64,000 bases of DNA, taken from the NCBI RefSeq assembly GCF_009914755.1, contig NC_060926.1; one strand, given 5' to 3'. The notes under the pieces were generated by a model that saw nothing but the letters and a program-made list of their open reading frames with translations, ran no database searches and had not been told where the DNA came from. The DNA comes from the human T2T-CHM13v2.0 reference genome, Homo sapiens. Positions 52,817 to 64,000 of the stretch are shown here, one piece after another. The position numbers and the translations under genes were made by a program. Numbering within the stretch: position 1 is the stretch's first letter; each line of letters begins with the position of its first letter.

Positions 52817-53240
52817 GACCATTATGTTAAGTGAAATAAGCCAGGCACAGAAAGATAAACATCACATATTCTTACTTATTTGTAGAATCTAAAAATCAAA
52901 ACAATTGAGCTCATGAACATAGAGAGTAAAAGAATACTTACCAGAGGCTGGGAAGGGTAGTGAGGACCTGGGGGAGAGGTGGGGATGGTTAATTGAAACA
53001 AAAATAATAGAAAGAATGAGTAAGACCTATTATTTGATAGCACAACAGGGTAACTATAGTCAATAATAATTGTACATTTTAAAATGTACAATTGGATTGT
53101 TTGTAACTCAAAGAAAAAAGGCTTGAAGGGATGGATAACCCATTCTCCATGATGTGCTTATTTCACATGCCATGCTGGTATCAAAATACCTCATGTACCC
53201 CACAAATATATATACCTATTGTGTACTCACAAAATTAAAA
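52817..53240 (+). mobile_element. L1MA (early L1MA2/3-like) 3' fragment
   Basis: 'cattatgttaagtgaaataagccaggcacagaaag...atacctattgtgtactcacaaaattaaaa'. Confidence 0.9.
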
Positions 53241-55003
53241 CAGTGATTTTAGTGAAAAAAAGCTAAAATTGAAATGAAATAGCTAGGTTTCACTAAATGC
53301 AAATGGAAGACATTATTGGTATTTTCATCAGATGCCAAAGAGTGTAATTTTACATAGAAATAAACAAACGCTGTCTCATTAGAACATTGAATCTCTGAAA
53401 TCTATAAATTATTTATCATGACTTATATGACCTTTATTAATTGATATCAGGGATACCTTAGTCAAATGATCTGGCAGCATTTGGATAACCCTACACTCTA
53501 TGAACAATGTCCTCATTCATTAACTCATTTTTTAATTAAAATTTATTAAATGGTAGATACTGAGTTGGGCACTAGCACAACAAGGATAAGTAAAATATAT
53601 GCAGACATCTTAAACTCCACAAGAGAAGAATCACTCCTTTAACTTAAAATGTAGTCACCCTTAGAAAGCAGCACTTTAGTTTTACCAATAATTAATACAT
53701 ACATCAGTAGATTTAAATTCTTGATTACAAGCATGAGAACCTCAGAGTACAAAAAGTTAAACGGTAGGATGTTGGGACACAACAGAGCAGGAAAAAGCAG
53801 TGGGTAAAAAATGAAGAAAACTAATATTAATTTACTCCCTTCTATATGTGCTAAGTTCTCTACTAAAAGGAATCTAACACAAACTTTCTACATATTTTCA
53901 GACATAAATGTTATGTCCTAAAATTTGCAATGATTTTGATGAGTACACTTAATTGGTACAAAATAATTTTGAATAAGCAAAGAATGGGTATTATTATGTA
54001 AGCAACCAGATGACTAGTTCACATATAGTAGTAGTTAATAAATTAATACTTGTTACACTGAGTTGAATTAAAGCTTTTGGTTTCAGTAAACAACAGTGCT
54101 TTATATATTGAAAACTTTTAGAATTACAGCCTTGTTTTAAAGCAGAGGAAATAGAAGAGTTTCTTTGTTTGTTTGCTATATTAAAAATCTTGTATTTGCT
54201 AGAGGCAGATTTTAACTCCTCAAAAACATAATACAATTACCCATTCTATTCCAACAGCAGTACCATCTGATGATTTATGGTATCAGAGTTATAGGCACTT
54301 CGAACTTGTAGAATAAACATGACTGAGTTTTCCTCGTGGACCGGGGAGGAAGAATCAGTAACTATTCAGCAAAGGCAATGGAAAAATTGGTCCCTAAGCC
54401 AAAATACATGTTGTACTCCAGGGTTCTAGGAACTTTGGTGATAACTGTTTTCAGTGGAATCTCCAAAGGCTGAGGTAATCATATAATGTTCATTATTAGT
54501 CTCAAATTAAAAGTAAACTGTATTTCATTTTTGTTTTCACATTAATGCCAAACAATACATAATGTTTCAGATGTTTAATTTGAAAGGGAATTATATCTAT
54601 GTAAAGCTAGAACCAATTTTAGTTGTCTCCCCAGAGGACTATATTTTCCTAAAGAATGTGAGAGACATACACATTCTTAAACTCATTTGACCATAACCTC
54701 AAAATATGGAAAATATAAAAATGTACTTTGGAAACAGTAGTTTAAAGAGGGTAGATCTAAGAAAAATATCAATAGTTGTCAAATAGTAAAATATAGTTAT
54801 AAATTAAAGTCCTTTGAAATAATGTCTTTGGATGATTTTTTAAAATATATCATTTTTATTTGGTTTGAACTTTAATTTTGTCTTATCTCTCATAGATGAT
54901 TTGAAAATGCCCCGCTCTTGATATCTACTTATAATATATGATGGATAAGAGTTTAAAAAAAACTATTTCCAGCTTTTTAAAATGCTATATTTGTTGATTA
55001 ATA

Positions 55004-55444
55004 TGCTGACCACTTCAGACCAATTTGGTTTAACTTTTATGTAACAAAGTTGAGAGTTGGTTTTCATTGCCATGGATCCTAAGGTAATGAGCATACCCAG
55101 ATGAATTAAGTGTGCAACTGCATGGAGAACCTAAGTGCTTGGACTGAATTAAGAAGTAGATACTGCATGGCAGGATCCAGGACCCTGGCATAGCCCCATG
55201 AAAGGACCCAGTCAGATCATGCCTCCTGGCATCACCTCATTGCAAGATCCAATCACATCACGCTTCATTACCCTATGCTTACAAAGCCCAATTCAAATGT
55301 CAGCTCATGGAGACAGATCTGAGTGTTTTCTCCTGTCTCCTTGTCAATTAACTCACCATAAAGCCTTTCTTTTCTCAAAAGATCGTGCCATGGCATTGGC
55401 CTCTATGCACATTGGGCAGTGAGCTCACTAATTACTTGGTAACA
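55004..55444 (+). mobile_element. ERV solo LTR (LTR47-like)
   Basis: 'agaccaatttggtttaacttttatgtaacaaagttg', repeated 'gatcc' blocks, 'ggagacagatctgag', end 'cttggtaaca'. Confidence 0.7.
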
Positions 55445-55554
55445 ATTTGTTTTAAATAATAAAATTAAGTAAAAACCAAATAATAAATATCAACAATAGT
55501 GGTCACTAGAGCAGATCCAAATTTACAGTCAAAACTTTTTACCTAAATACTTTT

Positions 55555-57280
55555 ATATTTATATATAATTTGGATATAAGAATGTGCTCAAATTTTAAGT
55601 GTATAGATTGAGAAAGTTTGACAAATATAGGCATTCATAAAACTGTCACCTAAATCAGGCTATAAGATATTGACATCACCCCAGAAAGTTTATTCATGCC
55701 GACTTACAATTCCCCACCCTAAGAAACAACTGATTTCTATTACAAAAGCTTAGAAATTTGATATATGTATGCATTGTTTTGTGTTTTGCTTCTTTCAATC
55801 AATATAATGTTTTTGAGATTAATTTAGCTTTTTTCTTATATCAATAGTTATTTGTATTATGGAGTAATATTCCAATGTATAAATATATCAGAATTTGTTA
55901 ACATTCATATTATAACATGGGTTTTTCCAGTTACAGATAAAACTGCTATTAACATTCTTGTACTAGTTTTATGTGTACATATGTTTTCACCTCTCTTGGC
56001 TAAATAAAAAGGAGAGAGAGGAAATTACATGTCTGAGTTATAAGAAATTGTCAAATAATTTTCTAATTTGATTATATACTTTCATATCTCCAACAGGAAA
56101 ATGTGTGTGTTCTAATGTTTTTGTCAATTTGGGCTGCTATAACAAAGTACCATTGACTGCATGGCTTATAAACAACAGAAGTGTATTTATCCTCATTCTG
56201 GAGGCTGGAAGGTTTAGATTAGGGTGCCAGTGTGCTCCAAGTCAGGGGAGAGCCCTCCTCTAGCTTGCAGACTTCTGACTTATCATTATAACCCCTCACA
56301 TGGAGAAAAGAAGATGAGCTAGCTGTCTGGCTTTTTGTAATAAGGACACTAATTCCATACATGAGGGCTCTACCATCATGATCTAATACCTCCTAAAGGC
56401 CCCATTTCCAAATATCTTCACATTGAGGATTAGATATCAACAAATGAATTTTGGGAAAAAAATACATTCAGTTCACAACATCCGATTATTACACATCTTC
56501 TCCAAACCTAACTTGGTCAATTTAAAAAAACTAGTGGATATAAAGTGGTATATCATTATGATTTTATTATGATTTTAATTTGAATTTTTGTGATAACTAA
56601 TTAAAGAGACATTTGTATATTTTTGATGCAACTACTTTTCTAGATATATGCATTGTGAATATTTTACTCTAAACTATTTTGCCTTTTTATTTTCTTAACA
56701 ATGGCTTTTGAAAAATAGGTATTTTTCATTTTGAAGAAGATAAATATGTCAATTTTTTTCATTTAATGGTTAATTCTTTTTGAGTCTTAAAGACTCAGAG
56801 TCTTTTTACTTACCATTACTTTTCAAATATTACTTTTCTGTTTTTTTTCCTAGAAATTTTATTATTTTTATCTTCTATGTTTCGACCTATCTCTTTGAGA
56901 TAGTTTTTGCGTTTTTGTGTTTGGTGAGAAGTAAATGTTAAAGTTCATTTTTTTAACATTTTTTACATGGATATCTAGTAGCTCTAGCACTTTTATGAAA
57001 ACACATCTTTTTTCCTGGTTAACTTACCTTGGTTCTTTGTCAAAAATTAATTGGCCATATACGTGTGAGTCTATATTTGGATAATCTATTCTGTTCTACT
57101 ATTTATTTGTCTTTATGGAAATAATAGTCTTGACTCATGCTGTTTTAAAGTAAATCTTTAAAAAAGTAGTATAAACCTTTCAAATATGTTCTTTACTGAA
57201 AGTTTTGGCTATTTTAGTTCCTTTGCATTTTTATATAAATTTAAAAATCAGTTTATCAACATTTCCATAATAAGTGATTA
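55555..57280 (-). mobile_element. Old L1M (L1MC/MD-like) 3' region, interrupted by MLT1A
   Basis: Antisense 3' end 'aattttaagtgtatag...atcaccccagaaagttt', continuing into ORF2 antisense 'ctttgtcaaaaattaattggccatat'. Confidence 0.75.
56117..56480 (-). mobile_element. MLT1A-like MaLR solo LTR
   Basis: 'tgggctgctataacaaagtacc...ttctggaggctggaag...acattcagttcacaaca'. Flanks tctaa/tccga are a degraded TSD. Confidence 0.85.
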
Positions 57281-57284
57281 GGAT

Positions 57285-60200
57285 TTACACTTCCAGAGCA
57301 CAGGTAATAGCAGGCCACAGTTTCATTCTCCTAAATGAGACGACCAAAGAATGAACAAAGTATATGAAATGATAATTAGGCAAACTCTGGCTATAAGAGA
57401 ATGAAGAATAGTGATCCTGAAGAGATGAGAAACAGATAAGGGTGCACCAGGTTGTGGCCTTAAAAATTTTTCTAGGCCATGATAAAGGGAGGTGAACACA
57501 GGTGGAAAACAGTGAGGTCCCTGAATTGAGGTTGTAGAGCTAAGATTTTGTGAAGAATGCAATGACTAGAGTTCACAGGACAGAATATCAGAGAAGAGAG
57601 ATCTATATTGAGAGAAAATTCTGGAAATCTGCAGATAGGTAGTCCTCCTTGAGTACTAAGCTCAGTCCTGATTAGGGAGTGCATTTGTATGAGAAAACTA
57701 CCTGCCCCTGGGGAAAGTACTACTCAAAAGGATTAGAGATTACAGTACTCAGCATTCACATAGGACAGAGAATGGTGCTTCTTCCCACCAGCCAGACTGG
57801 AAAACAAGTCTGGTGAGGATTTGGGTAGAGTACACAAAAGGCTAACGTCAATAGTGGAGAATAATTAGCTCTAGACTAAGTGCTATTTCACTCCCACCTA
57901 CAAAAGGTAGAGGAAATGCATACAATAAACAAACAGTTTCTAATTAAATTAATTCTGTGCAAGAAGAACACTCAAGAATATTTTTTTTTTTTTTGGAAAC
58001 CAAAATTTCCAGTACTCTGTATGGTAAAATTGACAATATCTGACATCTGATCAAAATTGACTAAGCACATAAAGAAACAGGAAAAATGTGCTCCATAATG
58101 GGAGCACACGTAGAACTGATACCTATTTTAAAGTAATGAATAAAATCATTTTTATGAATAGATTCCGTTAAAAAATATGTTGAGATAAATAAGATATAAA
58201 GAAGGACCAAATCAAACTTCCAGAGATAAGATCTTCAAGTGTGTGATGAAAAACACACTGGATGATATTTAAGACAGATTAGACATTAAGGAAAAATATT
58301 ACTGAATTTGAAGTCATAGAAACAGAAATTATCTACAATGATAAAGTTTAAAAAATATTTTTAAAAGGTGACACACAATGAATGACATATCAGTGAACAA
58401 GGGGAGAACTTCAGGCAGCCTAATATATGTGCAAATGAAGTATCTTAAAGAAAAAAAACGAGGAAGAAGCAGAAAGAAATATGTATAAAATTATGGCGAA
58501 ATTTTGCCAAATTTGATGAAGCATGAAAAAATTACACCAAGGCATATTCTAATTAAACTGCTTAATACCAGTGATAAAAAGGGAGTTATAAAATTAGCCA
58601 GAAGAAAAGACATGTTGTAAACCAAGGAGCAAAGGCAAGTATAACAGTTGATAAAAACAAACAGACAAACAAACAAAAAAACTGCAAGTGGGAAGTCTAT
58701 GGTATTTAACATATTTGAAGTACTAAAACATGGTGTCAACCTAGAATTTTATAGAAAACACAGACGTCTTTTCAAGAAGAAGGCAAAATACTCATTTGGA
58801 CAAACAGAAGCTAAAAATATCACAGCATACCCACATTTTAAGAATATTTAAAGAAATATTTTTAAAGGATGATTGGCAATTTAAACAAAAATAATAACAA
58901 TAAATTTGGGATTTATAATGTGTAAAAATACAATGAACAAAAACAGGACACAAATTAGGAATGGAAAATATGAACTGTACTATTTTAATGTTCTTGTACA
59001 TGAAGTTGCATAATATCACTTGAAGCTAGACTGTGATACGTTAGAGATATAAAATATTGGCTCTAAAGCAATGAATAAAATAACATACACAGAAACACCT
59101 CATAAACCTAAGTTAATTATGGAGATAAATAAAAACAAAAACACCAAAATTTATGTAAAAGAAACCAGGAAGAAAAGGAAAAATGGAACAAAAACAGGTG
59201 AGATAAATAAATATATAGCAAATTGTTAGTTATAGACCTAGCCGTATCAATAATTAAATTAAATGGAAATGGTCTAAATATAAAAATAAAAAAGTAGAGA
59301 TTGCCAGATTGAATATACAATATAGGCTGCCTAATAGAAATAAATTTCAAATTAAAATATACAAATGGGTTAATAGTAAAAGGATAGAAAATAACATAGC
59401 ATATTAAAACACTTAAAATCTATTTATATTAGTATCAGAGAAAGTAGATTACAAAGAAAAGCATATTAACAGGAATAATTTCATTTCATAAGGATGCAGG
59501 AGTCAAGTCATCAAGTGGACATAAGAATCCTAAACATTTACTCACCTAATAAGAGAGATTCAAAATACATGACACACAAATGGATAGAATTGCAGGAAAA
59601 TATAGAAAAATCCACAAATATATGTTCAAATTTCAATACTACTCTTTCAATGGTTGACAGAACAAGTAGGTAGAAAATTAGTTAATTATAAAAATAATTT
59701 GAACATCAGCAGCCAAATTTACACAATTGGCAAATTAACCAGATAACCAAATTAACTTAATAGTACTTGCCACCCAACAATAGCAAAATATACATTTAAA
59801 AATGTACCTATGAAACACTTATCAAATGAGACAATGCTTGGGTCCATAAAACAAATGTTAACTTATAAAGATTCAAGTCATGCAAAGTATTTTTCTGATC
59901 ACAATGGATTAAAATAGAAATCAATAACGGTAAGTAAATCTTTGGAAAACCTACAAATATTAGGAAATTAAACAACACTCTTCCACGTAACCAAGAAGCC
60001 AAAGGTAAAATGAAAAAACAAAATCATTATTTTCAAGTGAAAGAAAGTAAAAACACAATATATCAATATTTGTTTGATAGCATTAAAACATTATTTAGGG
60101 ATAGATTTGTACCAATAAATATTTATATTAGGAAATATGAAAGGGTTAAAATCAATTACCTCAGCTTCTACCTTAATAAACTAAAAAGAAGAGCAAATTA

Positions 60201-60340
60201 AATCCAACAAAATGAGAATAAATAAATAATAAATGAACATGTAAATAAATTTCTGAGTAGAAGTCAATTTAAAAAAGGAGAAAGATAATTGAGAAAATTA
60301 ATTAAATCTAAAGCTTTACAAAAAAATCATTGATGTCTCC
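57285..60340 (+). mobile_element. Old L1M: 5' region, ORF1 and N-terminal ORF2 relic
   Basis: A-rich sense strand. ORF1-like 'ttacaccaaggcatattctaattaaactg', ORF2 start-like 'atcaataattaaattaaatggaaatggtctaaat', EN-like 'ttctgatcacaatggattaaaatagaaatcaataac'. Confidence 0.75.
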
Positions 60341-60342
60341 AG

Positions 60343-61600
60343 CTTTGCAAACTATGATTCTGACAAAGGTCTTATATCCAGCATCTATAAGGAGCTCAAA
60401 TAAATAAAAAAGCAAAAAACAACCTCATTAAAAAATGGGCAAAGAAGCCAGATGTTGTGGCTCATGCCTGTAATCCCAGCACTTTGCAGGCCGAGATAGT
60501 CGGATCACTTGAGGTCAGGAGTTCAAGACCAGCCTGGCCAACATGGTGAAAGCACCTCTTTACTAAATATACAAAAATTAGCCAGGCATGGTGGTGCACA
60601 TCCGTAATCCCTGCTCCTCAGGAGGCTGAGGAAGGAGAATCGCTTGAACTCAGGAGGTGGCGGATGCAGTAAGTTGAAATTGTGCCACTGCTCTCCAGCC
60701 TGAGTGACAGAGTAAGACTCTGTCTCAAAAAAAAAAAAGGCAAAAGACATGAACAGGCACTTCTCAAAAGAAGACATACATGCATACACGCAGCTATGCA
60801 GCTAAACAAATAAGCATATGAAAAAATGCTCAATATGTATTTCCCTAATAAATAGGGAAATGCAAATCAAAACTACAATGAGATACCATCCCACAGCAGT
60901 CAGAATGGCTATTATTAAAAAGGCAAAAAAAAAAAAATAGCAGATCCTGGTGGGGTTGCGGAAAGAAAAGGAAATGCTTATAAACTGCTGGGAGGAATTT
61001 AAATTAGTTCAGCAACTGTGGAAGGCAATCTGGAGATTTCTCAAAGAACTTAAAATACAACTACCATTCCACCCAGCAATTCCGTTACTGGGTGTCTACT
61101 CAAAGGAATATACATTATTTTACTATAAAGACACATGTAGTCATATGTTCATTGCAGTACTATTGACAATAGCAAAGACGTGGAATCATCCTAAAGGCCC
61201 CTCATCGAATTAAAAAAATGTGGTACATACACACCACGGAACATTATGCAGCCATAAAAAAGAATAAGATCTTGTCCTTTGCCACAAGGTAGGTGGAACT
61301 GGAGGCCATCAATCTGAGTGTACTAACACAGAAACAGAAAACTAAATACCACATATTCTTGCTTATAAGTGGGAGCTAAACACTGGGTACATATGGAGAC
61401 AAAGAAGGAAACAAGAGATACTGGGCCTACTTGAAGATGGAGGGTGGGAGGAGGGTGAGGATGGAAAAACTACCATTGGGTCCTATGCTGATTATCTGGA
61501 TGATGAAATAATCCATACACCAAATCCTCATGACATAAAATCTATCTATATAACAAACCTGCACATGTACCCCTCAACCTAAAATAAAGTTTTAAAAAAA
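60343..61600 (+). mobile_element. L1PA15/16-L1PB-like 3' fragment inserted in L1M
   Basis: ORF2 C-terminus 'LVQQLWKAIWRFLKELKIQLPFHPAIPLLG' (ORF 60950). 3' end 'acaaacctgcacatgtacccctcaacctaaaataaag' plus A tail. Confidence 0.9.
60447..60738 (+). mobile_element. Alu (AluS-type) nested in L1P
   Basis: Full Alu. Flanks 'gggcaaaga' / 'aggcaaaaga'. Confidence 0.96.
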
Positions 61601-62138
61601 ATTTAAATTGATGGGTGTCTAAAAATGCTGATTAGAGAAAAATATAATGAAATTATAAATTACCAATATTGATCCTGTGCAAAATGACAGCAGTAAAAAT
61701 TCTACAGATATTAAAAGGTTAATAAATAAATATTAGACATTGTGTGGCAATACATTCAACAACTAAGATAAAATGGACAAATTCCTTGAAATAAACTGTT
61801 AAAGCTGGCTAAAGAACAAATAGATTACTTGACTAACACTGTATGTATTGATATAAACACATATCCACAAATTAAGAGTAGAAGACAATTTCCTCAAAGC
61901 AATTGATAAAGGGCATCTATGTAAAACCTAGTATAAATCAAATACACAGGAGAAAATCTTTGTGACCTTGGCTTAGGCAAAGATTTCTTAGACACAATAC
62001 CAAAGATAAAATGGATAAATTGGACACTATCAAAATTTAACATTTCTATTTTTCAAAAAGTATTATAAGGAGAATGAAAAGACAAACCAAAGACTGGGAG
62101 AAAATATTTGCAAATCCTGTATCTTATAAAGGACTGTA
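61601..62138 (+). mobile_element. Continuation of old L1M ORF2 with internal deletions
   Basis: 'aaaatggacaaattccttgaaa', 'ggagaaaatctttgtgaccttgg...gactgggagaaaatatttgcaaatc'. Confidence 0.7.
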
Positions 62139-62678
62139 ATTACCAGTTTTCTGAGGTTTTTTTTTTTTTTTTGCTTTTAATTATGAATGTACATTAAATT
62201 TTTAAAAAAATATTTTTTCTGCACATATTGAGATGACTACTTTGTTCTGTTAATGTCATGAATTAATTAGATTCATTCTTGAGTGTTGAACTAACCTTGC
62301 ATTATTTTTATTGATGTCACCTCATCATTATATAATACCTTTTATAGCTTGCTTGATTCAATTTGCTAATGTTTTCTTGAGAATTTTTGGATCTTAGTTC
62401 ATGAGGGACTTTGGTCTTTTCTGGTAACATCCCTGTCAGGTTTTGCTCTTTCTTCTTTGACCTGTGGGTTACTTGGAAATGGTTTTTTTTTTTTTTTTTT
62501 TTTAACCAGATAATTGGGATTTTTCTATGTATTTTAATGTTACTGATTTCCAATCTGTTGTAAAGAGAATGTACTTTGTATGACTTCTTTCCTTTGGAAT
62601 TTGTCAAAACCTTGTTTTATGGTCCCAGCGTAAAGTCTCTCTTAGGGTTGGCAAAGTATGCTCTGTAGACTGGCAGTT

Positions 62679-62680
<2 letters not shown>

Positions 62681-62711
<31 letters not shown>
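62681..62711. repeat. (TG)15 microsatellite
   Basis: Perfect tg run. Confidence 0.97.
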
Positions 62712-62715
<4 letters not shown>

Positions 62716-62747
62716 GAATGTACTATGCACATTTCAAGAGATGTATA

Positions 62748-63050
62748 CAGTTAGCCCTCCATATCTGCAGGTTATACATTTGTGAATTCAACCACTGTGG
62801 ATTGAAAAAAATGTTTTAAATACAACAGTGTAAGTAAGCAAATAAAAATACAATATAACAACTGTTTATACAGCATTTACACTGTATTTGGTATTATAAG
62901 TAATCTAGAGATGATTTAACATAAATGGGAGGATGTACATAGGTTATATACAAATACCACACCATTTTATATAAAGGACTAGAGTATCCATAGATTTGGT
63001 ATTTGCAGGGGTTCCTGGAAACAATCTCCTGCAGATACTTAAAGGAGACT
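62748..63050. mobile_element. MER2 (TcMar-Tigger) DNA transposon
   Basis: 'ta cagttagccctccatatctgcagg...ttataagtaatctagagatgattt...cctggaaacaatctcctgcagatac'. Confidence 0.85.
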
Positions 63051-64000
63051 TAATTTTCTTTCATAGGTGTTGTATTTATAGCTATCAGTTACCATGAATT
63101 GGTTTATAGTGTTATTTAATCTTCTGTATCTTTATTGACTTATGGCCATTTTTAATGAATTACTGAAAGAAGAGTGTTAAAATATCCAACTAGGATTGTG
63201 GGTTTTTTATTTTTCCTTCAATTCTGTGAATTTTAGAATATTTTAAAAGAGTTAATTCATTTATGATTTTGAAATAATGTTTTTGTATTTTTGTATCACT
63301 CTTAAAATATAGCATATCAACATCTTTATTTGTTTTTCATGATATATTTTTTCCTATATTTTACTTTTAATTTGTGTATCTTTTATATGTTAAATATCTC
63401 TCTTGAAACTAGACAGCATGTAGTTAGTGATTTCTGTTTTATTCAGCCTGACAATCTTCAGCTCTTTGACTTTTAATTGGAGTTTTGGTTTATTAACAAC
63501 AAATATATTAATAATTATAATCTAGTTATTAATATGGTGGACTCTATCTACACTAACATGCTATTAGTTTTTTCTTTGTTTCCTCTGTTCTTTGTTCCTT
63601 ATGTCCATCCTTTTGTGTCTTCCATAGGGAAAATTGTGTAATTTTGATATTTTTTCAGCTATAATTATTTGCTTTTAATTAGCAGTACCTGTTTGATTTG
63701 TAGTTGTTTCATACATGACATATGCAATTTATTCACATTATACCTTGATTTTATATTATACTACTTCCCATATAAGGTTAACACCTTAAAACAATATAAT
63801 TTCACTTATATTTCTTCTGCCCTTTGTGTTATCACTGTCATATATTTTACTATGACATCTGTTACAAACATCCCAATCCCTTGTTATATTTTGCTTTAAA
63901 TAACTAATAGACATATACTTTTAAAGAAAAGAAGGAAAGTTTTATATGTACTCCATATTTTCCATTTGTAATGTTCATTTTCGCCTGTGGATCCAAATTT

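Larger units (their letters stand above)
62140..64000 (-). mobile_element. Old L1M ORF2/ORF1 relic, antisense
   Basis: 'gttgaactaaccttgcat...gcttgattcaatttgctaatgtttt', 'agagtgttaaaatatccaactaggattgtgg', 'attcagcctgacaatct'. Confidence 0.7.

Overview
AT-rich, CpG-depleted primate genomic DNA, most likely human or ape given AluY, L1PA7/8 and THE1 copies. It is intronic or intergenic. I find no supportable protein-coding gene, RNA gene or CpG island. The ORF track is explained by Alu and L1 fragments and by chance ORFs in AT-rich DNA. The window is a layered transposon record: an LTR-internal-LTR MLT1-type MaLR (about 0.2-2.5 kb), three THE1-class solo LTRs with 5-bp TSDs, other ERV1/ERVL/MaLR solo LTRs, 13 Alus, MIR/L2 relics, Tigger/Charlie DNA transposons, a full-length inactivated L1PA8-like element with a 19-bp TSD (36.7-43.2 kb), and a nested L1M/L1P block (55.6-64 kb). 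The most notable observations are: a degraded minus-strand hAT-transposase-like frame at 25.8-26.6 kb that the ORF track misses; an old ~100-bp direct repeat pair 1.14 kb apart (43.7/44.8 kb); two convergent THE1 LTRs with perfect DUX4 motifs upstream of candidate + strand exons, including a 20-nt microexon-like unit; and several templated-insertion or micro-inversion scars. I do not see convincing evidence of a new biological system. Subfamily names come from recalled consensus sequences, not a database search, and ends of old repeats are approximate.
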